From Octopus sinensis (taxonomy: Eukaryota): 64,000 nucleotides of DNA. A model generated the notes under the pieces. That model saw only the letters and a list, made by a program, of their open reading frames with translations, ran no database searches and had not been told where the DNA came from. Within the stretch, counting starts at the first letter, position 1, and each line of letters begins with the position of its first letter. Positions 1 through 12,498 of the stretch are shown here, piece by piece. A program made the position numbers and the translations under genes. The DNA is taken from positions 199,702,001 through 199,766,000 of the forward strand of contig NC_042997.1 in the NCBI RefSeq assembly GCF_006345805.1, written 5' to 3'.

Positions 1-494
1 TAATTCCACCTGATGAGGCCTACAAACCTAGGTGAATCCCTTTTCTCTGTACCATCTTATGTGTGAGACCCAACTTTTATAAATTATTGTCTTCTTAACA
101 ATGATTTGTTTCAATGTCATACTGAACTACACAATAAATCTATAGATTTTGTCAGCACTTTAAATAATAAACACCTGCGTTTACATTTTATATCTCATAA
201 ATACTTTACCTTTAATTCATGAACATAAAGAGATGAATCAACCAGGTAGGTTTTAGTTTTGCATTGGGATTTTGTCAGTAATCAGGTGCTCTCTTAAACT
301 ATCCACAGAAATATACATTTATAATGCACTCCTGGTAGCTTGTTTGCTCAATAACATATAAATTAATAGTGTTAACCATTAAATACCAACTCAGAACTGA
401 AACTAGAGTGCTTGACTTTTTTTCTGTTTACAAAAATATTATATACAGGTGATAACAGTTGCCTATACTTAGTTTTGAATTTAAAATCTATAGA

Positions 495-880
495 TAGGCA
501 CATGTGTAGCTGTGAAGCTTGCTTTTGAACCATGTTGTCTTGGTTCAATCCTATTGCATGGTTTCTTGTGAAGAGTCTTCTATTAAAGCCCTAGGCTGAC
601 CAAAGCTGTGTGAGTGAACTTGGTAGCTGGAAACCATGAGAAATCCATCGTATATGCAGGTGTGTGTGTGTACCCTTATCTAGATATTAATTGATGGTTG
701 TGGATGAGCAGCATTGTCATACAAGCAAAGTTTGTTGCCAGTCTTCGGTTTAACAACAGGAATATATTATCTCACTTAGAAACAAGAAGATTGGCAACAA
801 GATAAACCAGTAGTAGAAAATGTCTCAATAAATTCTGTCCAACCCATGCCAGCATGGAAAAGTAGATGTTAAATGATATT
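495..880 (+). mobile_element. Degenerate SINE with type 1 head and RTE-like 3' end
   Basis: Collinear with 19845-20255; ends CCAACCCATGCCAGCATGGAAAAGTAGATGTTAAATGAT. Confidence 0.7.
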
Positions 881-1776
881 CTATAGTTGAATACAGCTTT
901 GAAACGAAATACTAAACACCAGTAACCTATAAATTGAACTGGTTGTAAAGAAAGTGTTATAATTAGTCTATCCGGTTTACATATACCTTGATTAGAACAG
1001 GGTCTATAAGCATAATCACTGCAGATGAAGGCATCCTCAGTCACAGATGAAATTACAACACAAGATTAAAATTACTGTGGTTATTCAGTGCTTTTCTGTT
1101 CACAAAGATATTAAAGACAAGGCATTTACATCTGTAGACATAATATTGGCTAACACCTATAGATATACTCTGTAGTTCTGTATTGCATTAACTTTTATTA
1201 TTACATATAAAACTTGGTTTAAACCAATGTTGACAATAGCAAATGACAGAAGGAAATTAATTATTAATGGTTATTTCAAAATTGTGTAAGTGCCAACTAT
1301 AATCAACACTAAGTTCTATCACAGCTAATAACATAACTTTACATTATATATACATATATATATAGTGTCATATACAAGCAATGTCTAACATATTTGCCAT
1401 CTAGTTATTGCCTTTAATTTCTCAACTAGTCATTTCCTTGGAGATTTTCAGATCCATAACCTCTTACCATACTGATTGTTTAGACGTGCCAACCATTTCT
1501 GTCTTTGCTTAGAGAAGCAAGGCAATATCACTTTGTTTCTTAGCACTCACTCAATTTGGAAGAAGGAACAGATAAATATAAATTGGGATATGCTGAGATG
1601 TATTCCAGGTTTTATAGAAAGGGAATTATCTTCCTTGTTATCTCCAGCACATAAAAGGAACTGAGGAAGGACATAAATGGTCTCCTGGATGTGTTGGGAG
1701 GAATTTCTGCTACGCGGTTCACTGTGGTACAGCAGAACTCAGATATTGATACACAAAGTTCATTGTAGCATCCCTT

Positions 1777-1955
1777 CATCATCATCGTTTCCACTAATGT
1801 CTGCTTTCTATACTGGCATATGTTAAACAGTTTGACTGAAACTGGTAAGCTGGAGAGCAGCTACAAGTTCCAATCTGATTTAGCATGGTTTCTACGGTTG
1901 AATACCCTTCTTAATATCAAGCACTCAAAGAGTGTAGCGGGTGCTTTTTACATGC
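1777..1955 (-). mobile_element. RTE 3'-tail copy
   Basis: Reverse complement of the LINE terminal ~180 bp. Confidence 0.75.
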
Positions 1956-2060
1956 CTGGATAGCATCCAAGGTCATAACTTGTTGACGTGAACCCTCTTC
2001 TACTGGCTAAGAAGGCATTCCATAAACCAACCCCAAAATATGGATGTTACTTAATAAAAT

Positions 2061-2430
2061 AGGCACAGGAGTGGCTGTATAGTAAGTATCTTGCTTCCCA
2101 ACCATATGGTTCCAGTTTCAGTCCCACAGTGTGGCACCTTGGGCAAGTGTCTTGTACTATAGCTTCAGGCTGACCAAAGCCTTGTGAATGGACTTGGCAA
2201 ACAAACTGAAAGAAGCCTGTCATATATGTGTGTGTTTGCATGTGTATGTTTGTATGTATGCGCTTGTCCCTCCCCATCATCACTTCACAAACAATGCTGG
2301 CGCATTTACGTACATGTAATCTAGCGGTTCAGCAAAAGAGACTAATAGAATAAGTCCTGGGTTGATTTGTTTGACTAAAGGCAGTGCTCCAGTATGGCTA
2401 CAGTCAAATGACTGAAACAAATAAAAGAAT
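2061..2430 (+). mobile_element. tRNA-derived SINE type 1 (CORE-like centre), GACTGAAACAA tail
   Basis: AGGCACAGGAGTGGCTG head, GGCACCTTGGGCAAGTGTCTT core, GTGCTCCAG..TGG..ACAGTCAAATGACTGAAAC tail. Confidence 0.85.
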
Positions 2431-2609
2431 AGAATAGAAGAATAAGGAACAAGACTAAAAAGTGAAGTAGACCAATCCGGAGGTTGAAATACATATCTGA
2501 ATATATATTTGTGCTGTTAAGCCCAAGGTCAGCTTTGAGCAAGTAAACCTATGATCAATGGTATTCTTGCTTTAGCCACTCCAATTGTTTTGTATATCCA
2601 CCATTCCAA

Positions 2610-2878
2610 CAGCACTAGCCCCTGTGCTGGTGACACGTAAAAATCAACATTCGAGTGAGGTCAATGCCAGCACCACCAGACTGGCTCCCATGCTGGTAAT
2701 ACATAAAAAGTACCCACTACACTCTCGGAGTGGTTGGCATTAGGAAGAACATCCAGCTGTAGAAACCTTGCCAACTCAGACTGGAGCTTGGTGCAGCCTC
2801 CCAGCTTACCAGTCCTTAGTCAAACTGTCCAACCCATGCCAGCATGGAAAGCAGACATTAACAATGATAATGATGATC
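2610..2878 (+). mobile_element. RTE 3'-tail copy with 2 repeat units
   Basis: CCCACTACACTCTCGGAGTGGTTGGCATTAGGAAG...GCATGGAAAGCAGAC. Confidence 0.85.
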
Positions 2879-3157
2879 CTTTTCTGTATATTGTTTTGAA
2901 GAGAGGTGTGATATGAGGGAGATTTTGCTGCTACTTTTTAGCAGGTTTTGCAACCACATAATAGCTTCTGAATGCACAAACAATATATATCCCCCTCCCC
3001 ACCCGCACATATAAACATGTGAATATGAACGTGTCTGTGTGAACATGACCATTATATACAAAAAGAACCCTTCGTATTTCCAATCCTCCAAGGAGGTGTC
3101 CAATGATTAGTTATTTACAAAAACACATTCCTTGTTTTGTCATATTCTGTTCTCTAG

Positions 3158-3240
3158 GTTTTCTGAAGAGAAGCATGCAATGAAAAGGAGCCTAAACATT
3201 ACTTCAAAACCAAACATGGTGAGGAAAAACATCAATACAT
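3158..3240 (+). other. Candidate exon (alternative donor at 3219)
   Basis: Acceptor TTCTGTTCTCTAG; donors GTGAGG (3219) and GTAAGT (3241); one open frame, FSEEKHAMKRSLNITSKPNM. Confidence 0.25.
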
Positions 3241-3501
3241 GTAAGTAATGTTCCATGGGAAGAATTGTTTGGAGGAAATGTTGCTTTCTTGTCAATCGAT
3301 TTATATTGACAGTCACTTCAGGATTGGCAGCTTCTAAGTACCAACATGCACACACTCATATACATACTCTTGTGTATACACATGCATTCCAAACTTAATT
3401 CAGAGAACTTGAAAAAATATATTTTCAACAAAAAAGCATTTTCTTTTTGCAGCACCTTTGCCTACAGGAACTGTCTGCATTTTTTCCCCTCCATCTTGCA
3501 G

Positions 3502-3526
3502 AACATAAAATGGCAACGAAAAGAAA
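3502..3526 (+). other. Candidate 25-nt exon of an unidentified host transcript
   Basis: Very strong acceptor TTTTTTCCCCTCCATCTTGCAG, donor GTAAGC; contains AAAATGG. No protein identity. Confidence 0.3.
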
Positions 3527-3670
3527 GTAAGCCTTAGTTTTACACATTTTTTATAAATCTATTTAACTGTATAGCTAAATAATAGTTATTTCATGAAAAT
3601 CAGAACTCTACTTGACAGTCTTCAATGGAATACTAGTGAATGGCAATACGCAATAATGTTTGCTAATGTT

Positions 3671-3707
<37 letters not shown>

Positions 3708-6010
3708 TGGATTTCATTGTAAAATAAATTTAAATATAAAATTCAATGAAATTTAAATTAAGAAAAATATGGAAAAGTAAGTTTGCAATTCAAATGGTTA
3801 CTTATCTATTTTTGTTTTATTTTTGCAAGTTATGTACATTCCAGGCATGTTGTGTTTGCGGATTTTGATGGGGAAAGAATAAAACAAAGAAAATAAATCG
3901 TTTCCTTTTTCACACAAGTTAGAAAATAAATCCACCCTAATATATTCTTCTTATTCAATAAACTGGAGAAAATTTTTAAGAATTATTATTATATTGGAAA
4001 ATTTAACAAAACTACAGATGATGATGATGGTAACGACAATAATAGCTATGATGATGGGGATGGTAATTGTTGTGATAATCATGGTGAATGAATAAATTTA
4101 GAGAGGAATTTACAAGAAAAATTTAGTAATGTTCATGATAAGAACAGAAACAAAAATGAATTCACAGAATTTTATACTCCATTTTGGGGGTAAAAAATCC
4201 TTATGTATTAAAAAAAAATTTTTTTTTAACTTTTATTTACTTTTACATCATATTTTACCAGCTTTTGAGGAGATAATACCTTCATTATATTTTTATTGTG
4301 GTTATTAGCTTTGATACAATTGCATTATTTTCAGACTGTAAAGCCTATTTTTCTCATCTTTTATAAGAAAGTTCATTGCATTGTGCCTCTGGCATGTAAT
4401 ATACATTAATCTACATGCATTTAGATGTGTGGGTGAGAGAAAGAAAGAGAGGATATGTAAGTATATTTGCAGTTGATCATTTTGAATATTATTTAATCCT
4501 ATAGACTTTATATATGTATACATTTATGTATATATGTATGTGTGTGTGCACATGCATACACTGCTTATATATTTTCGTTATTTTTTTTATTTGTTTTCAT
4601 TGACTTTACTACATATGATGTAACACTGTTAATACTCTCTAGATATAAGTTATGTTTTGAGTTTTAAAGTAAAATTATAGGATCACATAATAGTATGGCA
4701 TGCAACTTCCAAAACCCAACAGTCAGGGAGGCTGTCATTCTCAAATACAACATCCTGATGGTGAGAAAAGAAACATTTTTATTTACACAGTCACTGACCT
4801 TTAATCGCATGAATCTTTTTTAGGATTCAATGTCCACAAGTACATATAATAGATATTGTATATCTACTAAAGACCTCTCTCTTTCTCATCATCATTTTAA
4901 ATTGCACATTTCCATGTTTGCATAGATCACACAAAATTCATCGACACATATTTTCTATCATTAGGTATGATTCTTGTCAACTGTTTCCATGCAAATTAAT
5001 ATTTCCACTTGAACAGACAGGTTTCCATAGAATAATAGAAGTGAATTACATCATTAGCATGATGGTGACAGCAGTTTACAACTATCAAGTCATGTTCAAC
5101 AGAAAGAGACATAAACTGCAATTAATTTTTTACTCAAATTTTGTGAATCCTAAACGTTTGCCCTCAGTAGACCTCCCTCTCTATGGAATCCACACAGGAG
5201 AAATCAAAAACATTAAGAGCTTTCTGACAGACTGTTCTTCTATCTCATTACTCCTGTATAGTACCTCAAATCCTAGGTTATCTTCTCACACTTTCTCTAA
5301 TCTCTGTCACCTATAACTACAATCACAGTAGAGAATAGATTCCTTCACTTCTTGTGAAGAGGCTTAGATATATCCTTCAAGAACAGGGCATATATTCTGG
5401 TTTTCTGCACTCTGAGTTCACACCCTGCCAAAGTCAACTTTGCCTTACAGGTTATATAAATTGAATACCTGTAATTAACTGGGATCAATTCTTCCCCTTC
5501 TCACATTTTCATTATTCACAAGATTTAAAATGCCTAAGACTTACCATATGTCACAACAGCACTCCTAAGTGTCCTACCACTCACTACCACTACAAAATTA
5601 CCTGACAATGAAAATATATCCTCATTTTATTCAATAGCATAAAAATACAGATCGTATACGTGTCATTATACACCAAATAAAACACTACATCTAGAATGGC
5701 TTGCTGGTAGCAAATATTTCTCCAAAATCTTTGAGAACAAACCTTGAGCAATGCAGAGGAGAAAAAAGGAGGAAGAAGAACATCATTTACACACACTGCA
5801 ATGCTTCAAGTGAATTACAATACTTACTACATCTTCACTCCTCATGAACCAAATAACTAAAAACATCACTTTCTTTCAAAGCAGATCTCAAAATCTCATA
5901 ATGACCACAAACATTTCATGTAGCTAAAAATCCATCAGAAAGCTTAGGTTTTCAGACTCCAAACAAATTTCAACTCTAAAAAGATGCTGAAACTTTGCAA
6001 TGAAATTAAT

Positions 6011-6041
<31 letters not shown>

Positions 6042-6681
6042 CATATACAACATGAATGGTTTATACCTGATAGCTTCTATCTTCCATCTCTCATTTACCA
6101 TATACCTCAAATGGATGTACTATAAAACTATTCTGCACATACAATAACAGCCATACCAACAATCCAACATACCTCCATCATCAGCTGCCCCATGGATATC
6201 ACTATGGTTTTGGCACCTGTGCAGTACCATTCAATCAAACAGTGTCAACAGCACTAAGAGTAAGTGTTGTTTGGGAACAAACATACCTAAGATACCACCA
6301 CATTCATTAAATCTTAATTCTAGGAAGGATTAAACACTGACATTATTAATTAAACTACAACAAAGAAACCACATTCACCCTATGTACAAAAACAGTATCA
6401 GTAAATTAATAATTCTATAAGTAAACCTATAATTAACTCCTGAATTCTCTAACTAAATAGCAAGCTAGCTCTTGAAGTCCATACAGATAATATTCCTACT
6501 TGGCTTCCATAGTTATGAATATAAAAGTGAAACTCGATTTAACTTAACTAATAATATAACTAATTCTGAGTGAATTACACTATTTCATAATCCAAAAGTT
6601 AATTAAAACACTACATATGTATTAAATATTGCTATCTTCATATGCTTTAAGGCTAAACTTATACCAGTAATTTATATATAT

Positions 6682-7824
6682 ATCATCATCATCATTGTTT
6701 AGCATCCGCTTTCCATGCTAGCATGGGTTGGATGGTTCAACTGAGGTCTGGGAAGCCAGAAGGCTGCACCAAGCCCAGTATGATCTGGCAATGTTTCTCC
6801 GGCTGGATGCCCTTCTTAACGCCAACCACTCCATAAGTATAGTGGGTGCTTTTTACGTGCCAGACGAGGCTGGCAAATGGCCACAATCAGATGGTGCTTT
6901 TTACGTGCCACCGGCATGCAGGCCAGGCGAGGCTGGCAATGGCCACAATCGGATGGTGCTTTTTACGTTCCACTGGCACGAAGGCCAGTCGGGGCGGCGC
7001 TGGCAACGGCCATGTTTGGATGGTTCCCTTATGTGCCACCAGCACTGGTATCACAGCTACAATTTCCATTGATGTTGATCGATTTTGATTTTTGATTTTC
7101 ACTTGCCTCAACAGATCTTCACAAGTAGAGTTTTGTGTCACAAGAAGGAAAGGTATGTGTAAGTCGACTGGCTACATCCCAGGTAGAGGCCACAGGTTAT
7201 GGTCTCACTTGTCCTGCCGGGTCTTCTCATGCACAGCATACTTCCAAAGGTCTCGGTCTCTAGTCACTTCCTCGGTTAGACCTAAAGTCCAAAGGACGTA
7301 CTTCACCACCTCGTCCCAGGTTTTCCTGAGTTTTGTGTCACAACTGCTAGGGTGTGGCACTTTTTCACACAACTATCTTCATCCAGTGTCACCACATGGC
7401 CATACCAGCACAAATATCTCTCTTGCACACCACAACTGATGCTTCTTAGGTCCAACGTTTCTCTCAAGGTACTTACACTCTGTTGAGTATGAACACTGAC
7501 ATTACACATCCATCGGAGCATACTGGCTTCATTTCTTGCGAGTTTACACATATCCTCAGCAGTCATGGCCATGCTTCACTGCCATGTAGCATGGTTGTTC
7601 GTACACATGCGTCATACAGTCTGCCTCTTACTCTGAGCAAGAGGCCTTTTGTCCCTAGCAGAGGTAAGAGCTCTCTGAACTTTGCCCAGGCTATTCTTAC
7701 TGTAGCAGTTACACTTTCAACATACCCGCCCCCGCTACTGACTTGGTCATCTAGGTAACGTAAGCTATCAACTATTTCTAGTTTTTCTCCTTGGAATGTG
7801 ACGGAAGTTGGTCTCTGCGCATTT
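6682..7824 (-). mobile_element. 5'-truncated, frameshifted copy of the same RTE LINE family
   Basis: Translates to TSVTFQGEKLEIVDSLRYLDDQVSSGGG...TMLHGSE and AEDMCKLARNEASMLRWMC; carries the same 3' UTR repeats and (GAT)n tail. Confidence 0.95.
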
Positions 7825-8131
7825 GACTGATCATGGGATTGCACCTCGAAAGTTACCCTCCAAGGCACAAATCCGAGCAAGGTTGTTTATGGAAGACCAG
7901 CAGTCACCCATGTATACCAGCCTCCCCTCTACACACTACCAGTGTTATTCAAGAGTAAGGCAAGTGCTGATACAGCTTGGCACCTGTGATGTTGCAACTC
8001 ATTTCTACAACTGAGTTACCTGGAGCAACATGAAATAAAGTTTCTTGCTCAAGAACACATCGCGCAACCTGGTCCAGGAATCAACCTTACAATCGTAAGC
8101 TCAACGCTCTAACCACTGAGCCATATGCCTT
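7825..8131 (-). mobile_element. tRNA-derived SINE (type 3) joined directly to the 5' end of the truncated LINE
   Basis: Head AAGGCATATGGCTCAGTGGTTAGAGCG (A box); collinear with the copy at 37925-38265. Confidence 0.85.
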
Positions 8132-8186
8132 CATATATATATATATATATATATATATAGATAGATAGATATAAATAAATAGATGA

Positions 8187-9175
8187 GTGTACTTTTCCCT
8201 TGTTAACATTATTATGTATCTTAAGTACATTAGCAAATTTAGTAATCATTCTAGGGCAATTACTAAGAACTTAGTTAAGACCATTTCATTTAGATTAACT
8301 AAATTATCTGCTAATATTGACATTCACAATGATTACACCGAATTTTATAACTCTGCCTTACTTAAAGCAGGTTATACAGAGAAAAGTTTCTACATTGATT
8401 CTATTCAGTCTTATTCTAACTTCAATAATGTAGATATGAAATCAAGTTGTAAAAGAATTATCGATAACAATCATAACTTATGCACCGATACAAAGCGGAG
8501 GAAGGGAGATAACCCTTATTTAATCCCCTATTATCATTCTAAAAGTAAATGTAAAACTTTCAAAAATAATTACACTAAAAATAAGATAAAAAGTAGTAAA
8601 AAATATTTGGTTCATTGTTCCATACAGGAGACAAATGAAATCTAATCTCCCACTGCAATTTCGTCAAGCTATTGTTAAGAATTTTCCAAAGAATTCTAGG
8701 TATTATCACTTCACACACGGTTACGATTGGTTTTTCCAACACAAAAAATCTCTTACAAATTATCTCTTCACATAACAAACTGTTAAATATTAATACATTT
8801 ACTAATACTAACATTAATTTAGCTAATACCATTCATCCCTCCAGAAATATTAGTAAGAATCAAGTTTGTGTCAAGTAACACTAAAATCAAAAATTCTATA
8901 TACCAGTGTATAATTAGTACTCATAATAAAGCATGATTTTGCATTGGAAGCACATCATTAGAGTTATCTAAAAGAATTTCTATCCATTACTCAACATTTA
9001 GGGATAGGAATAAACGTAACAGTACTGGGCTCAGTAAATTAATTTGGGATTTAAAAGACCACAATGAACAATTTAATTTAGAATGGTTGATTCTCTCAAT
9101 CTCAATACCTTATGACAAAGGCAAGGAATTCTGTCTTCTCTGTAATTCTGAACTATTTTTCATGATTTTTTTCTA
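8187..9175 (+). mobile_element. Penelope-like element remnant (RT C-terminus + GIY-YIG endonuclease), disrupted
   Basis: KYISKFSNH..ITKNLVKTISFRLTKLS; IGFSNTKNLLQIISSHNKLL; SIYQC...*FCIGSTS..LSKRI..H..TF...STGLSKLIWDLK...CLLCNSE. Frameshifts and an in-frame stop. Confidence 0.85.
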
Positions 9176-9291
9176 AAAATCCCAGGTTGGAGGGTAGGTG
9201 CCTGAATAGTGCAAAGATGCCATCTGCCAGGAGTAAGAAATCACCAAAAAACTATGGATGCAGCAACACGCTATTACAGTGCATGCATCCA

Positions 9292-9327
<36 letters not shown>

Positions 9328-9348
9328 AGCTGCTGCTGCTGCTTCTTC
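9292..9348. repeat. (TAC)n(GCT)n microsatellite
   Basis: Directly visible. Confidence 0.95.
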
Positions 9349-9637
9349 TTCACACATTTGTAACACTGCATATTTTGAATGTTATATTCCTCTCACCCTG
9401 TATATGTGATTTTGGACTACAAACCCCTTGCAAATGATTAACTTGATATATATGCCTATGAATCAACACCATATGACCTCTAGTATTTTATATCTACACC
9501 CTGGCTTTTCTCAATGCAACAGCTTTTCTTATTTCTACAATGTGTAGTAAATATTCCAATAGATCATCTTGAGATTGAATGTATCAAACTCTCTCTCTCA
9601 ATATTTATTCTTCAATCATTTGCCAACAAATTCATCA

Positions 9638-9990
9638 TTATCATCATTTAACGTCCATTTACCATGCTGGCATGGGTTAGACACAAAACTAGTAAACTGA
9701 TTTGGCATGATTTCTACAGCTCCAAGAGTGTAGCGGGTGCTTTTTACATGCCACTGGCATGGGAGCCAGTTATGAAATACCAGCATCAGCCACAGCTATG
9801 ATCTCACTTGGCTTGACAGGTCATCTCAAGCACAGTATATTGCCAAAGGTCACGGTCACTTGTCACTGCCTCTGCAAGGCCCAAAATTTGAAGGGTGCTT
9901 TTTACGAGCCATGGGCATGGTTACCAGATATGCGACCCTGGCATTGGCCATGACTATGATTTTACTTGGTTTCATGGGTCTTCTCTAGCA
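9638..9990 (-). mobile_element. RTE 3'-tail copy (variant)
   Basis: (CAT)n, ACGTCCATTTACCATGCTGGCATGGG, GTGCTTTTTACATGCC. Confidence 0.75.
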
Positions 9991-10922
9991 CTATTTAGGT
10001 ATTGACTATCTACATTCCTATAAACTAAAAAGCCTGATGCAGCATTTCTCTAACATATTAACTGTTTCCAATTTTAATTAAATGGGACTTTGATGTGTTG
10101 ACCCTTTTAGAACCATTGTTTTGATTTTTGAAAATAATGTTCAACAATGCTTGCAGCTCCTCTTTATGAGTAGTCTTGATTAATTATAGTTATCCTGCTC
10201 ACCACATTAAGTGTGTTAGTGACTAATTTACTGATTAATTATGAAACCCCGAAATCACTAATTTTTGTCATAAAAATTTGAATATGTTCTTTTGAGCTTC
10301 TTGAATGAAAAAAAAAAAATCAATCTGAAGTTAACCTGCCTGATATCTATAACTATATCGATTATACATATTGTAGAGTTTTTCAAATGAGTTGAAAATC
10401 TTAGATTATCTGAGATTACCATTTTAATTAGAAGACAAAAATCTCCCTCTTAGACTGTTTTTAAAAAAATCTAAAGGCAAGGAAGACAACTCCAACATAT
10501 CAGTTAATGAAAGTTTTTGGAAAAGATAATTAGAAGTGAATCTTGAGGGTTAATAATACATCTTGGTTTTGTATTCAATCTTAAAGGTATTTTCTGTACT
10601 GTCAAATACATGGTGTAGTGTAGAATATTAAACAGAATATTCTCCATTTAATGTTCAACACGATAAAGGAAAGTCATTAATCTCTTGTTGTCATGTCATA
10701 CTACATTGTGTATATTAATACATTCATGTGTCAGGTCAGCTTGGGTGAGAAGACATGTAAGAGTTTGTAGATCTATATTATCAAACGCGTTATATCCTAA
10801 TATAGAATAGTTAGGTGTAAGTTGAGGGAGATTTGGTAACTATTTCTAGCAGATTGAGTGACCACATAGAAGCTCCCTCATTGACTTGACCATCATGTAC
10901 ATAGGTAGATGTGGTATTTATT

Positions 10923-11230
10923 GAAGGCACATGGCTTAGTGATTAAAGTATCTGGTTCATGATTGTAGTAAAGTTAAGAGTTTGATTCCTTGCAATACAT
11001 TGTGTTCTTGAGCAAGACACTTTACTTCATATTGCTCCAGTCCACTCAGATGGAAAAAAATGTGTTGTACTTGATTGAAATCCAAAGGACCAGCTGAATC
11101 TGTCGGTGAACTATATTAAGGTTACATGTGTCTGTGGAGTGCTCAGCCACCTCCATGTTAATTTCATGAACAGACTGTTCCACTGATTGGATAAACTGGA
11201 ATACTTGTCATCATAACCAATGAAGAGCCA
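10923..11230 (+). mobile_element. SINE with type 3 head and a different tail
   Basis: AAGGCACATGGCTTAGTG head and TTGAGCAAGACACTTTAC core, followed by a distinct GTGCTCAGCCAC..TTAATTTC tail. Confidence 0.7.
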
Positions 11231-11694
11231 GATTTTTTTTTATATATATCTTCATGTTAGTGCTTGCAACAGCTTTTGGAAGAGAGTTACAAAAGTGATA
11301 GACATACTGTATACATATATCTACAAGATTTTGGTTACTGCAATCCTCTACAAAGTCCCACTTGTCTCATTCCATACATTATTCTGTTCAATGTGAATTA
11401 TTTGGACTGTAGTAGCTATCTTGGTTTATCGTAAACCTTTCCATCCTTTTTCTTTTTAACAATTCTCTCAATAAACATTAAATTTCCATTTTCCCTTAAC
11501 AAATCTCTTTCATACAACTTAAGAACCCTTGGGGCCTGCCTATCTACATTGTTTGTCTTATGCAAATCATTGATAGACATATGTGTCTTGTACATAAGCT
11601 ATTTTAGTTTATCTATCAAATTTAATTTGGGCCTTTTGAGAATAGTTGCAGTTTTGGGATTGGATTGCTTACACAATCTTATCAAGTTTACAGG

Positions 11695-11772
11695 CCACTG
11701 TATAGTATTATTCAAATAAGAGTATGCATTCATAAGAATGCATACTCTTATTTGAATAATACTATACAGTGG
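11695..11772. repeat. Perfect 37-bp inverted repeat with 4-nt loop
   Basis: CCACTGTATAGTATTATTCAAATAAGAGTATGCATTC-ATAA-GAATGCATACTCTTATTTGAATAATACTATACAGTGG, checked base by base. Confidence 0.97.
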
Positions 11773-11954
11773 TGTATAATAAATATGTAAGCACTGGCTA
11801 GGTATTTTCAGTGTAAAAGTTTCCATTTCTATCAATGGTTGATCCTTCAAAATTTACATATTGACTTCTCTGATACTTTCAAACCTACTTTCTTGCTATC
11901 ACGATTTTTCAGTACCCTCTATTCATATTTTCTTTCAGTTTTCAACATACCATT

Positions 11955-12239
11955 CATGTAATGTTTTTCGTTTAGCCTTGTCTCGTCTCCCTATTTGCTC
12001 CCATTTCATAGCCACTCATCGTCTCCTCTAAAAATTGACTTCTCTGATACATGTAATGTTTTTCGTTTAGCCTTGTCTCGTCTCCCTATTTGCTCCCATT
12101 TCATAGCCACTCATCGTCTCCCCTAAAAATTGACTTCTCTGATACATGTAATGTTTTTCGTTTAGCCTTGTCTCGTCTCCCTATTTGCTCCCATTTCATA
12201 GCCACTCATCGTCTCCCTTAAAAATTGACTTCTCTAATA
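11955..12239. repeat. Tandem triplication, 3 x 95 bp
   Basis: Units start at 11955, 12050 and 12145 (CATGTAATGTTTTTCG...) and differ by 1-2 bases. A 42-bp direct repeat lies at 11861-11902 and 12225-12266. Confidence 0.95.
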
Positions 12240-12498
12240 CTTTCAAACCTACTTTCTTGCTATCACCATTAACAGAATCCTCTTGCTAGTTTGGGGTTGA
12301 CCCGCCCACCCACCCCCTCCACACATGCCGGAAGTTCCTATTCTTTTCATCCCTGGGTTGCTTCCCTTGAAGACTGCAAATGCTCTTTCACCATCCCTAC
12401 CCCTAGTTTCGACCTAGGTAAGGTAATGATCATACAGTGCAAAATATGAATGGGTAGTGTTATGCAGGTTGAATTGAAGGCTACTGTATTACTTGCTC

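Noticed and set aside
4918-5316. 132-aa + ORF
   Set aside because: No ATG start, low-information composition, no recognisable motif.
12290-12400. Possible HDV-like ribozyme at the LINE 5' end (known for some RTEs)
   Set aside because: Partial P1 (GGGGTTG/CATCCCT), TTCC loop, GG and a P4 can be drawn, but no P2 pairing exists and L3 is too long.
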